From contig CAVXOL010000014.1 in NCBI GenBank assembly GCA_963763325.1, positions 57,793 to 121,792 of the forward strand: a DNA stretch of 64,000 nt, written 5' to 3'. Shown in pieces: positions 1 through 10,536 of this stretch; positions within the stretch are counted from its first letter, which is position 1; every line of letters starts with the position of its first letter. A program made the position numbers and the translations under genes. Origin of the DNA: an uncultured Chloroflexia bacterium. Its GTDB lineage: Bacteria; Chloroflexota; Chloroflexia; Thermomicrobiales; CFX8. Under the pieces are notes generated by a model. It saw only the letters and a program-made list of their open reading frames with translations. It ran no database searches and had not been told where the DNA came from.

Positions 1-38
1 AGCGCCGATATCGTCGTCACGATCCGTACAAGTCGCAT
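1..38 (-). CDS. 5' end of a gene running off the window (MRLVRIVTTISA..., possible signal peptide)
   Basis: On the minus strand GGAGA-N6-ATG (ATG at 38-36), then an open frame to the window edge; basic then hydrophobic start. Confidence 0.35.
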   Translation of the reverse strand, partial: MRLVRIVTTISA

Positions 39-288
39 TTGCCATCTCCATCCGCAGTGTCCGTCACCGGTGGTCCGGCCATCGTACGGGCCGGCACGCT
101 CATACGCAAGTAGTTCGTCAGCTGCCTCAGGGCGAAGAGACCGCATACCGACAACCAGCTTCGGTACATCGAAACTGTGAGCGGAACTGTGAGTTCGCCG
201 AGCGGTTCTTCGTGGTCGTCTGGGCGTTCCTGGTCCAGATTAAGGTCAGGCCGGATGAACCGGAGAACCTGACGAAGGGAACGCTTAC

Positions 289-1344
289 GTGCATAGATCC
301 ATCCCACACGCGGTCCCGAAGGTCTCACCGACAACGCTCAGCTTCCTCAGCATCGCGCTGGCGGCAACACTGCTCGGCACTGAGGGGCTGCTCCGGCGCC
401 CACTGCTGGGCGAGATGTCAATTGCTGCGATCGTGCTGGCCGAGCACCTGTTACTGGCCTTGTTCGCCATACCCGTCGCGTTCGCCCATCGCAAGCGACT
501 GAGGGGGCTGACTGGCCGCGATTGGGCAGTCCTGCTCGCCATTGGCTGGGGAGCGTCCGCCGGCGCAGCGCTCCTGTTCACGAAAGCGCTTTCGTCAGGA
601 AACCCAACGACCGCGAGCCTGCTGCAGAACATACAGCCACTGATCGTCGTCATCCTCGCGCTGGCCATCCTCAAGGAGCGTATTTCGCGCGCCTACTGGC
701 CGTGCCTGGCGGCTGCCCTGGTGGGAGCGTACCTGCTGTCGTTCGGCATGCTGGATCCGCGATCGATGCTCGCTGCCGGCGACGCAGCGACGGCAGCCTA
801 CGCGCTCGGGGCGGCCACACTCTGGGCATCCGGCACCGTTCTCGGCCGGATCGCGCTGGCGCGGCTCTCGTACGTGACGTTAACCGCGATTCGATTGCTA
901 CTGGCACTACCGCTGGTTGCCGCCGTCGCTGCCGGCAGTGGAGGACTGGAACAGGCGGTCAGCGGCATCGCTGCCGCACCAGTCAGGATCACTGTCGCCG
1001 CGCTCGGCCCTGGACTGGTGGCCGTCCTGCTCTTCTATCGCGGGCTGGAGGGAACCAAAGCGTCCCACGCCACCCTCGCCGAGTTCATGTATCCGGTGGC
1101 AGCGTTGGCCGGCAACTGGCTCGTCCTCGACATCATGATCTCGATGCCGCAGATGCTTGGGTTACTGCTGATCCTGATCACACTCGTGCTGCTCGGTTGG
1201 CTTGCCTCCCCATCGTCAGATGCGGAAACGGTGCCGGCCACGACACACACCCCGACATCGGGTGCTGACACCGCCAAACACCGACTCAGAACGATCGCCA
1301 ATCCGGCCAGACGGCGCTTCTGTCCCAGAACAGCGTCCGGATAA
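289..1344 (+). CDS. EamA/DMT family drug/metabolite transporter
   Basis: About 10 hydrophobic segments in two repeats; 'ASLLQNIQPLIVVILALAILKERI' and 'LAEFMYPVAALAGNWLVL' are EamA-like; start and hydrophilic tail uncertain. Confidence 0.85.
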   Translation: MHRSIPHAVPKVSPTTLSFLSIALAATLLGTEGLLRRPLLGEMSIAAIVLAEHLLLALFAIPVAFAHRKRLRGLTGRDWAVLLAIGWGASAGAALLFTKALSSGNPTTASLLQNIQPLIVVILALAILKERISRAYWPCLAAALVGAYLLSFGMLDPRSMLAAGDAATAAYALGAATLWASGTVLGRIALARLSYVTLTAIRLLLALPLVAAVAAGSGGLEQAVSGIAAAPVRITVAALGPGLVAVLLFYRGLEGTKASHATLAEFMYPVAALAGNWLVLDIMISMPQMLGLLLILITLVLLGWLASPSSDAETVPATTHTPTSGADTAKHRLRTIANPARRRFCPRTASG

Positions 1345-1535
1345 CGACATCATTGAGCGGACACCGGACTCCATTCGAGGGACGGATCGACCAGCCCACC
1401 ATGCGCAGGATTTCCAGCACGATGTCCCTGCGCACAACCGGAAATGGCTGATGCTTGACGGAATTGTCCTCACTCGTCAAGATGGGGTATCGACGCCAGT
1501 TCTGCTGCTCCGTTCACCGACGATCGTGGTACGCC

Positions 1536-4500
1536 ATGCACGACTCGCCGTCCGCGCAACACCATGCGGAACGCCGCTCGGCGGAGATCCCGTTCGCGGG
1601 TCGCCAGCGCGAGCTTGCGCTCATGCGGCAGGCACTCGATCAGGCACTTGCTGGTCACACGCGAATCGTCCTGCTCAGCGGCGAACCCGGCATCGGCAAA
1701 ACGCGCACGGCTGAGCTATTCATCGCCGAAGCGAGAACATTGGGTTGTCAGGCGCATTGGAGCGCCTGCGATGAATGGGATGGCACACCGGCCTATTGGC
1801 CCTGGGTCCAGGTGATTCGTTCGATTGAACGCGATCGCGATGCCAACGCGCTGCTCCGCCTGCTCGGGATCGTCCCACACGGATGTCACTCAGCTCGTGC
1901 CCGAGTTGCGTGTGCGACTCGGGCACAAGCGCAGCCCATCGACCGGCAGTGGAGAGGCGGCCCGCTTCCGACTCTTCGACTCCGTCACGCATTTCCTGAA
2001 AGCAGTAGCCGGTGACGCACCAGTCGTGATCGTCCTCGACGATCTACATTGGGCAGACACGTCATCGCTGCTGTTGCTGCAGTTCATTGCCCAGCATGCG
2101 CGTGATGTTCCGCTGCTGATCCTGGGAACGTATCGCGACGTTGAGGTAGGGGATGCACATCCACTGTCGGACACTCTCGGAGAATTGACGCGCCACCACG
2201 GGAGTATGCGCGTCGTTCTGGGCGGCCTGACCCACGATGAAACCCGAGAGGTCATCACCTCGGTCGTCGGAACTGCGTTACCCGCACGGATCGTCGATGT
2301 GGTCCAGCACGAGACGGAGGGCAACCCGTTCTTCGTAACGGAGATCGCGCGCTTTCTCAATGCCGAACGAGAGTTAACCCGGAGTGCGGCCCTTGGCGGT
2401 CTGCACTTCCACGTCCCGGAGACGGTCAAAGATGTCATCGGCCAGCGTCTCCGTCGCCTTCCGAAGGATTGTCAGGAGGTGTTGTCGATTGCGTCGGTTC
2501 TCGGCCGCGAGTTCTCGCTGCGCACGTTGGCGGCGGTGAGCGAGCAACCGGTTGAGGCAATTCTGGAGCAACTGGACGACGCAGTCCAGGCACGACTCAT
2601 CGACGCCGGAGCGACACTCAGTACCTTCCGCTTCCACCACGCGCTCGTCCAGGACACCATCTACAACATGCTCCCTCCAAGCCAGCGAACACGACTGCAC
2701 TGGAGGGCCGGCCAGGCGTTGGAGACGCTGACCGCACCGGACGCAGATCCACCACTCGATGAGCTGTCCTATCACTATCTTCCAGTCGGCTCCGCTCGGT
2801 GACACTGAAAAGGCGCTGACCTATACGATTCAGGCAGCCGAGCGGGCAATGGCGCTGTTCGCCTGGGAGAACGCCGTCGAACACTACGAGCGGGCGCTAC
2901 AGGTATTCGATCTCATACCCGAAGCAACCATCCTCCGTAAATGCGATCTGCTTCTGGAGATCGGTAACGCGAGGATACTCGCGGAACGAAGCAATTGGGG
3001 TTCGCCCGCCACGCGCGAGACATTCACGCGCGCCGCCGAACTCGCGCGGCTCGCCGGTTCCGGCGAGCATCTGGCCCGTGCTGCCCTCGGGTTCGCCGGC
3101 CAGCAACCTGATGACAACGCCGAGCGGCGCTGAGCAGGTTGCGCTGCTCGAAGAGGCACTCGCTCGACTCGGGACAGACGACTCGATGCTACGAGCCCGC
3201 GTTCTCGCGCGTCTCGCGATCGACCGCAACGACACGGACCTCCCGCACAATCCTCGACTGCGGGTCGACCCTTCCAGCCGTGTTCGCCGCCTGAGTGACG
3301 AAGCGGTCGCGATTGCCCGGAGGACTTGGTGATCCCGGGACGCTGGCATTCGCACTACTCGCCAAGCGCGTCGCCTGTGCGACGCATGACAACCTGGACG
3401 AGCGGATAGCGCTCGCGACCGAAGCCATGACTCTGGCCGAGGACGCAGGCGATACCGAACTCGGATGGTGGGGAAGTGTGATGCTCTTCTGGGATCACGC
3501 CGAGGCCGGTGATCTGGAGCGTGAGCGTCGCGCGTTCGAGATGAGTCTGGAGCAGTCGCGAACGGTGCCAACTCCTTTCAAGGCATGGAGCGACGATAAC
3601 TTCCGCGCGCAGTTCGCGCTCCGTGAGGGCAACTATGCCGCCGCTGAAGAATCCTTCGTGCTTGCGATCGGCGAGTTGCCGATCACATACTCGCCGTGGC
3701 CCCTCTTGTATCTGCGGCGCGAGCAGGGACGCCTGCATGAAATCGCTGCCGCACTCGAACCCCTGACTGATGTGCATACCGTCTGGAAGACCCGGCACGC
3801 CCTGCGGGTGCTGCTGGCGGTCGAACTCGGGCGGGAAGACGCTGGAGCACTCTTCGATGAGATGGCAGCGCGGGATTTCGCCGATGTGCCGGTCACTGAA
3901 CGCTGGCTGGACGCGCTCGCAGTGCTGGCGGAAGCCTGCGTCAACCTGGGCGACCCGAGACCCAGACAGGCCCAGTTGCTCTATGATCTGCTGCTGCCAT
4001 ATTCCGACCGGCTGATGGCCGTCCTGGTCGAAGTCACGCACCTGGGCGCCGTCTCCCGGTTCCTCGGAATGCTCGCCACGCTGCTCGGGCGCTGGGACGA
4101 TGCGGAGCGACATTTCGAGCACGCACTCGCACTGAACGAGCGGATGGGCCTGCGCCCGTTCGTCGCCCACACCCAACACGCGTGGGCTGACATGTTGGTC
4201 AAGCGCGGAGACGTAAGCGATATTGACAGGGCGCGCGAGTTGAACGCACTGGCGCTGGCCGCCGCGCGCAAGATCGGGATGGTTCGGCTCCAGCGGATGG
4301 CCGAGGCACTGGACAGCCCGGCTGATGGTCGAGGAGACACCCGATCCAGTTCAGATCGTCGCAACATCCGGCCTCACCAGACGAGAGGTTGAAGTGCTCC
4401 GGCTGATCGGTGCCGGGAAGAACAACCCTGAGATCGCCGAGACGACTCTTCCTCAGCGTGCGCACCGTCGAGCGCCACGTCGAAAACCTCTACCGCAAGA

Positions 4501-4560
4501 TCGAGGTGCAACAGCCGCGCCGAGGCGATCGCGTTTGCCCTGCGCCACGAGAGCCACTGA
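1536..4560 (+). CDS. AAA ATPase-TPR-LuxR HTH (LAL/MalT-like STAND) transcriptional regulator, about 6 frameshifts
   Basis: Walker A 'LSGEPGIGKT', Walker B 'VIVLDDLHWAD', 'TEGNPFFV', 'FRFHHALVQD', C-terminal 'GLTRREVEVLRLIGAGKNNPEIA..LFLSVRTVERHVENLYRK..NSRAEAIAFALRH'; stitched from ORFs 1455, 1825, 2759, 3078, 3295, 4325, 4410. Confidence 0.9.
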
Positions 4561-4568
4561 TCCCGAAC

Positions 4569-4626
4569 TGGGTACATCCCGCCACGGCACGACAACCGGT
4601 CGATGACAGGAATGGGTACACACCCG
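4569..4626 (+). promoter_or_regulatory. Direct repeat TGGGTACA x2, candidate operator of the upstream LuxR-ATPase regulator
   Basis: TGGGTACA at 4569-4576 and 4613-4620 (44-bp period), both followed shortly by CCCG, in the gap before the FAD oxidoreductase. Confidence 0.45.
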
Positions 4627-4712
4627 GAAGTCAGCTCGCTCGTCTGTCGCTACTGTCGCAGAAGAGGGAGTTTCTCCTCCCTGACGGCGATAGCAACGGA
4701 CAGGAGCGCACG

Positions 4713-6117
4713 ATGGCAGTGACATCAACCATCCCAACGACGCACGTGCTGAGCGATGATGCCGTCCGGGCATTGCGCGACCGGCTGCGTGGCCCGCTGC
4801 TCCGCCCCGAGGACGACGGCTATGACGCGGCCCGCACCGTCTGGAACGCCATGATCGACCGCCGGCCGGCGCTGATCGCCCGCTGCGCCGGCGCGGCCGA
4901 CGTCATCGCCGCCGTCGACCTTCGCCCGCGAGCACGACCTGCTGCTCTCGGTCAAGGGCGGCGGCCACAACGTCGCCGGCAAGGCCGTCTGCGACGGCGG
5001 GCTGATGCTCGACCTGTCGCCGATGAAGGGCATCCGGGTCGATCCGGCCGCCCGGACGGTGCGCGCCGAAGCCGGCGTCCTGTGGGGCGAACTCGACCGC
5101 GAGACGCACGCCTTCGGCCTGGCGACGCCCGGCGGCGCCGTCTCGACGACCGGCATCGCCGGGCTGACCCTCGGCGGCGGCCAGAGCTGGCTGACCGGCA
5201 AGCACGGCTTCGCGATCGACAACCTGCTCTCGGTCGACATCGTCACCGCCGACGGCGAGCTGCGCCATGCCAGCGCGACCGAGAACGCGGACCTGTTCTG
5301 GGCCGTGCGCGGCGCCGGGCACAACTTCGGCGTCGTGACCTCGTTCGAGTACCGGCTGCACCCGGTCACGACCGTCCTCGGCGGGATGGTCATCCATCCG
5401 TTCGAGCGCGCCCGGGACGTCCTGCGCTTCTATCGCGAGTTCACCGCCTCCGCGCCCGACGAGCTGACCAGCTACGGCCGGCATCCTGACCGCGCCGGAC
5501 GGCAACCTGGTCGCCGCGATCGTCGCCTGCTACTCGGGACCACTGGACGAGGGCGAGCGCGTCCTGGCGCCGCTGCGGCGCTTCGGCCCGCCCGTGGCCG
5601 ACACGATCGCGCCGATCCCGTTCCCGGTGCATGCAGACGATGCTGGACGGGGCGTTCCCGCACGGCCGGCTGAACTACTGGAAGTCGGGGCTGACGAGCG
5701 CAGGTCAGCGACGCGGCGATCGACGCGATCGTCGAGCACGCTGCCGAGGTGCCGTCGCCGTTCTCGGCGATCCTGTTCGCCGACTTCGCCGGCGCCAGGC
5801 AGCCGGGTCGCCAAGCACGGCGACGGCCTACTACCATCGCGACCTGCGCTACGACGTGCTGATCCTGTCGAGCTGGGTCGACCCGGCGGAGTCGGACCGC
5901 AACATCGGCTGGACGCGCGAGTTCTTCGCCGCCGTCGAGCCGCATCTCTCAGGCGCGGCGTCTACGTGAACGACTTGGCGGCGACGAGGGTGAGGAGCGG
6001 GTGCGCCGCGCCTACGGCGAGAACTACGAGCGGCTGGTCGAGCTGAAGACGCGCTACGACCCGACCAACGTCTTCCGCATGAACCAGAACATCCGGCCAG
6101 CAGCATCCACCGTCTGA
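4713..6117 (+). CDS. FAD-binding oxidoreductase (VAO/berberine bridge enzyme family), frameshifted
   Basis: '[22 protein letters not shown]', '[10 protein letters not shown]', '[11 protein letters not shown]', '[21 protein letters not shown]', C-terminal BBE '[28 protein letters not shown]'; RBS AGGAG. Confidence 0.92.
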
Positions 6118-6200
6118 TCAGGTGATGGTATGTCCGACTCCCGACACACGCGCACGCAGCCCGAGCCATCTCTTGGCTCGGGCTGCGATGGCTTTGCATA

Positions 6201-6780
6201 TCACGCCGGATCGCCGGTGCTGCCGGAGAACCAGAGGTTCGGCCCCTCGCAGCCGCCGTCCGGCTCCGGCGCAAGCGGGCTGTTGCGGAACTCGGCGACG
6301 GTTGGGCCAAGCCGCGGATCGGCCGCGCTCTCAAGCTGCAATTGCTGCTCCCAGGCGGAGACGACGACCGGCGCTGGTAACCCCGGATACGGGCTGACGA
6401 TCACGTAATCGTCCGACCGCGCGAGCTGTCGCAACACCTCAACCTGGTCAGCCGGCAATTCGGGATCGTAGGTGATCCAGACGACGCCATGCTCGAGCGA
6501 GTGGACGGCGTGCTCGTTCCCGACCGGCTCGCTGTAGAACCCGCAACGCTGCCAGACGGGTGAATGGTCCCCGCTGTGGGGCGGAACCTGCGCGTAGCTC
6601 ACCGACCGCAGCGTGTGGTTGCCACCAACCGCGCTCATCGTCACCGTTCCGACAACGAGCACCAGCACGACAGCGGCCAGAATGCCGTAGCCCGACCTTC
6701 AGCTTCCTGCGGAACGACCATTGTCGTCCCTGCGGCCGCTCGCGACTGACCGGCTCGGCCAGGCCCGTTGACGTCGTCAA
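6201..6780 (-). CDS. DUF3105 domain membrane-anchored protein (one frameshift near the N-terminus)
   Basis: 'PPHSGDHSPVWQRCGFY..AVHSLEHGVVWITYDP..SPYPGLPAPVVVSAW..APEPDGGC' matches the DUF3105 pattern. Confidence 0.8.
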
Positions 6781-7097
6781 TACTGCTCGTGGTCCGTGCG
6801 CGCCATTGCGCCTCCCATCACATCAGTGTCGATCCCGGCCAGTCCGTCCCGGCGCGGGCCTGCTTCTATCGTCGTCGAGCGCATCCGGACGCGCACCGGG
6901 CGAATTACGGGTTCGCATTACCTGTTGATGGAGTTCAGACAATGTGGCTCTCCATGGGGCACATCACGCCACTGATGCGGCGATGTCTCTCGATCCCGTG
7001 AAGGACCGCCGGATAGGACAGTAGGCAAGCCCCCCAGCGATCGCTAGAGTGCGGTATGCCGACACGACACACTGGCGATCGAATCAACGGAGGCATC

Positions 7098-7896
7098 ATG
7101 ACCAGTACTGACACCCGCTACGTCTTCGACAACGCCGCCGAGCAATTGACTGAGGCACGCTTCACCGCGCTGCCACGGCTCTACGATTCAACGACGTTCC
7201 GTCATCTGGACGCGCTCGGCGTCGGACCAGGCTGGTCGTGTCTGGAGGTCGGAGCCGGCGGTGGCACGGTCGCGCGCTGGCTTGCCGAGCGTGTTGGACC
7301 CGGCGGGCGCGTCGTCGCGACCGACATCGACACTCGATTCCTCGATACCCTGAACCAACCACCGATCGAGGTCATGCGCCACGACATCACGACCGATCCA
7401 CTGCCCGAAGCCAGCTTCGACCTCGTTCACACCCGGCTCGTCCTGAGCCACCTGCCAGGCCGCGACGCCGCACTGGCCCGGATCGTCAGCGCGCTCAAGC
7501 CGGGCGGCTGGCTCCTGACCGAGGAGTTCGACAGCCTCTCGATGCAGCCAGGCACGGAGATCAACCCCGTCGAGGAGTTTCTGCCGCTCAACCAGGCAAT
7601 GCTTGAGATCATGACCGAGCGTGGTGTCGACCTGCGCCTGGGACGAATGATGCCGGGAAGGCTTCGCAAGCTCGGCCTCAGCGATGTCGATGCCGAGGGT
7701 CGCGTCGTGCTCTGGCAGAGCGGATCGATCGGAGGAACGCTGCTGCGTGCCAACCTCGAGCAGCTTCGCGACGGGATCATGGCCAGGACCGGCATGAGCG
7801 AGCGCGGACTTCGACCGAGAGATGGAGCGGTTCGACAACGGGTCAATCATCAACCCGTCACCGGTCATGTGGTCAGTCTGGGGACGCCGCCCGTAA
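7098..7896 (+). CDS. Class I SAM-dependent methyltransferase (frameshift near 7805)
   Basis: Motif I 'CLEVGAGGG', 'VVATDID', 'FDLVHTRLVLSH', 'LKPGGWLL'; the natural end 'PVMWSVWGRRP*' is in another frame; RBS GGAGG. Confidence 0.88.
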
Positions 7897-7921
7897 ACAC
7901 TGCAGCCCCCGGGACATCGGC

Positions 7922-8288
7922 TCAATCCGCGTCGAAGGTCACTGCCACGAGCGGACTTCGCGCCAGCCACGTGTCGAGGTCGTTCGGCGTAGTTCCAGTT
8001 GGCCGTGAACGGTGTCAGGACGGCCCGGCGCTCGGCGTCGTCCGTGATCGGGCGGGCATGGGCTGGGAGGTCGGCGGTCACGTCCCCTTTGAGGTGGAAT
8101 GTGAACGCAGGATTCGCGACCAGGTTGGCGTACCAGTCGCGCTTGCCGGGCAGGCCGGAGAGGTAGACGGTGCCGTCGATGTTCTGGAAGGCGATCTCAA
8201 TCCGAGACGTCTTGCCGCTCTTCCGGCCGGTCGTCGTGATATCGATCGTGCCGCCCCGTTGAAGTTGTTCCTGTACCGCTGGATTCAT
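7922..8288 (-). CDS. Deazaflavin (F420)-dependent nitroreductase family protein (DUF385)
   Basis: 'IDITTTGRKSGKTSRIEI..RDWYANLVANPAFT..', end 'WLARSPLVAVTFDAD*' after one frameshift; RBS AAGGAGG. Confidence 0.85.
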
Positions 8289-8363
8289 CTGGCGATCCTC
8301 CTTCGTGACGACGACACTGTCTCATTGTGCTAACCGATGGACCTCCTGGATCATTCCGCGCGC

Positions 8364-9532
8364 TCAGGCCGGGGCTGTCCTCGACAGCTCCAGCAACGTC
8401 TGGCCAGTCGCGTTCTCAGGAGGGTAGATGACGACCGTGTTGATCCTGCGTTTGCGCGCCTTGGCCTCGCAGCCAGCCTCCCGCACCTCCCGATCCCAGC
8501 CGTCGGTGAAGACCGCACCCGAGCGGCCCAGATCCAGGCAGGTCACGTAGCGGGTTGGGAGTACGGAATCAGCGGCATTCCGAGCAGGTCACGGGCAACG
8601 TTCTCACCAGCGAAGCGACCGAGTTGGAGCGCATGCTGGCATGACTGAAGCGTCAGGTGGCCATCGCCAGTGTCAGCGGCGGCGGCATCGCCGGTCACGA
8701 AGATGTCCGGTGCCGACGGCGCCCGGAGCGATCCGATCGACGATCAGCCGTCCCAGATTGTCCCGCTCGCCAGGTACCTGGCCAACAAACGGCGCCGCTG
8801 CCATTCCGGTCGTCAGGACGACGGCGTCAACGTCAAGCGCCGTACCATCCGCGAACGTCACACGGTCGGACGCCAGCATCGTGACCGTCTTCCCGAGGAC
8901 GAGATCGATCCGAGCGTCTGCGAGTGCCGCCTCAATCTCGGCTCGCGGCCCGGCACCAAGCTCCGAGCCGACGACGTCTGCCCGGTCGATCAACGTGATC
9001 GTCGCTCGCTCGGCGACCGCCTCGCCGCCGTGGACCGCCAGCCGGTCACGCATCTCCAGCGCCAGCTCGATGCCGGTGAATCCGGCGCCGACGATCGCGA
9101 TTGCAGGGATGACTTGCCGCCCACGCGATCTCACTCAGCCGCCGGTCGAACGCAATCGCCTCAGCCTGCGTATCAATCGCGAAGGCCGTATCGGCGCCAA
9201 TCATCGGCGGTCGCTGCATGACGCTGCCGGTCGCAACCACCAACCGGTCATAGTCGAGCCGCTGACCGGTCGCTAATCCAACCGCGCGCCGATCCAGATC
9301 GAGCCCGACTGCCTCTCCCTGGACAAAGCGAACACCGGCCTCGCGCAACAGCGGCAGCAGATCGACTCCGAGCGTCTCAGGATGCGCCTCGTAGAGCCTG
9401 GGCCGCATCTGCAGCACCGGCTCGCGCGACACCATCGTCACGACTGTCCGTTCGGCCAGCCACGCGTCTGGCCGACAGCGCCGCCCAGAAACCCGCGAAA
9501 CCGCCGCCGACGATCACAATATCGTTGGTCAT
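8364..9532 (-). CDS. NAD(P)/FAD-dependent oxidoreductase (type II NADH dehydrogenase-like), frameshifted
   Basis: 'DIVIVGGGFAGFWAAL', 'YDRLVVATGS', second Rossmann motif 'IVGAGFTGIELALE', 'CLDLGRSGAVFTDGWDR..INTVVIYPP'; RBS GGAGG. Confidence 0.85.
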
Positions 9533-9622
9533 GATGAGTCCTCCCTCATGTCGAGTAGGACCCATTGTCGCGTACCAGTGGCTCCTGAGTAGGTCCATTC
9601 GTCCGACTGCCTTTAGTACCAC

Positions 9623-9837
9623 TCATGCCGAACAGGCCCAGAAGTCGGCGAACGCCAACGAGTAACTGTGGAGCGCCCGACTGAGGCAGAAGAAGCCAAT
9701 CGCGGCAACGCTCATCATCATCGTGTTCAGCGCGCCTTTCGAGCGCACCAGCCCACCATAGAAGAATCCCAGCGCCGGGTCATGAACAGAACCAGCGCCG
9801 TGGACATCAGCATCCAGGCTGTACTTGCCTCACTCAA
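9623..9837 (-). pseudogene. amtB: Truncated ammonium transporter (Amt), about 70 codons of the N-terminus only
   Basis: With one indel near 9777 it reads 'STAWMLMSTALVLFMTPALGFFYGGLVRSKGALNTMMMSVAAIGFFC..SYSLAF', the Amt N-terminal signature, then TGA; GGAGG RBS before TTG; the next gene starts 90 bp later. Confidence 0.8.
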
Positions 9838-10249
9838 GGCACACCTCCACCCTTCGAAATGTCGTGGATTGAACGTCGGGAGCATCGCAGTCGTGAACCG
9901 GTTCATCGCTATCGTGGAGCGTGCTGGCCGGTACCGTCTATGTTCCCAACGGGCAATTTTCCCAGCCGGGATTGTGCCGGTCGCCCAGAAAGCGCTGGAC
10001 TTCGCAGAAAGCCAGATTGAATCCTCATTCCGGCATCTTGAACGGACGATGTGACGTGTTTCGCCAGATCTCGTGGCTTGAGAGACTGATTCTCTGGGCA
10101 TCAGACACGATCAGTTGTGCCGGACGACTAACGTTTGGTCACGAATTGCAGCCAGCCGCACGATGCCAGGCAGGAACATCCTCGCGTACGATCGGATGGA
10201 TGCGATCTTCGATCGCAGAATTTCGCGTTTATGGAAAGGGGAGTCATCG

Positions 10250-10390
10250 ATGATCCCGCCACCAACTCGAGAGCCGTCCTTAACACCACCAGATGCAACG
10301 ACGATCTTCTACTCCCATTTCCCCGCCAGGACCAGCGCTGCGGCCCCCCACTGCAAACACGCTGCGTTGACTACTGACGCCAGGCGCTAG
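10250..10390 (+). CDS. Possible 46-aa leader or small ORF upstream of gltB
   Basis: Strong RBS (AAAGGGGAG) 6 nt before ATG; MIPPPTREPSLTPPDATTIFYSHF...; no recognisable homology. Confidence 0.3.
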   Translation: MIPPPTREPSLTPPDATTIFYSHFPARTSAAAPHCKHAALTTDARR

Positions 10391-10536
10391 CCGGCAACCA
10401 GCAGCACACCACCGAACCCACAAATAACGCCTACGCGGAGACGAGCCGGACTGGCTCGCTACCGGCGTTGAGCATCACTCGATCATGCGGCCCGTCGTGG
10501 CCGCTGGTCCGCATTGCCATTGGGGAGGATCGGTCC

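Noticed and set aside
6924-6992. GTTGATGGAGTTCAGAC...CTGATG resembling a fluoride riboswitch
   Set aside because: P1 pairing is broken, the 3' GATGACTCCT pseudoknot partner is absent, and no fluoride-related gene is adjacent
7056-8333. Long overlapping antisense ORFs (425 aa plus strand, 366 aa minus strand)
   Set aside because: Each is a real gene that runs past its natural stop because of one indel; the true ends are 7896 and 7922
9860-10250. Search for GlnR/TnrA or ANTAR nitrogen-control boxes between the amtB remnant and gltB
   Set aside because: No TGTNA-N7-TNACA, correctly spaced GTNAC-N6-GAAAC or twin-hairpin motif could be matched
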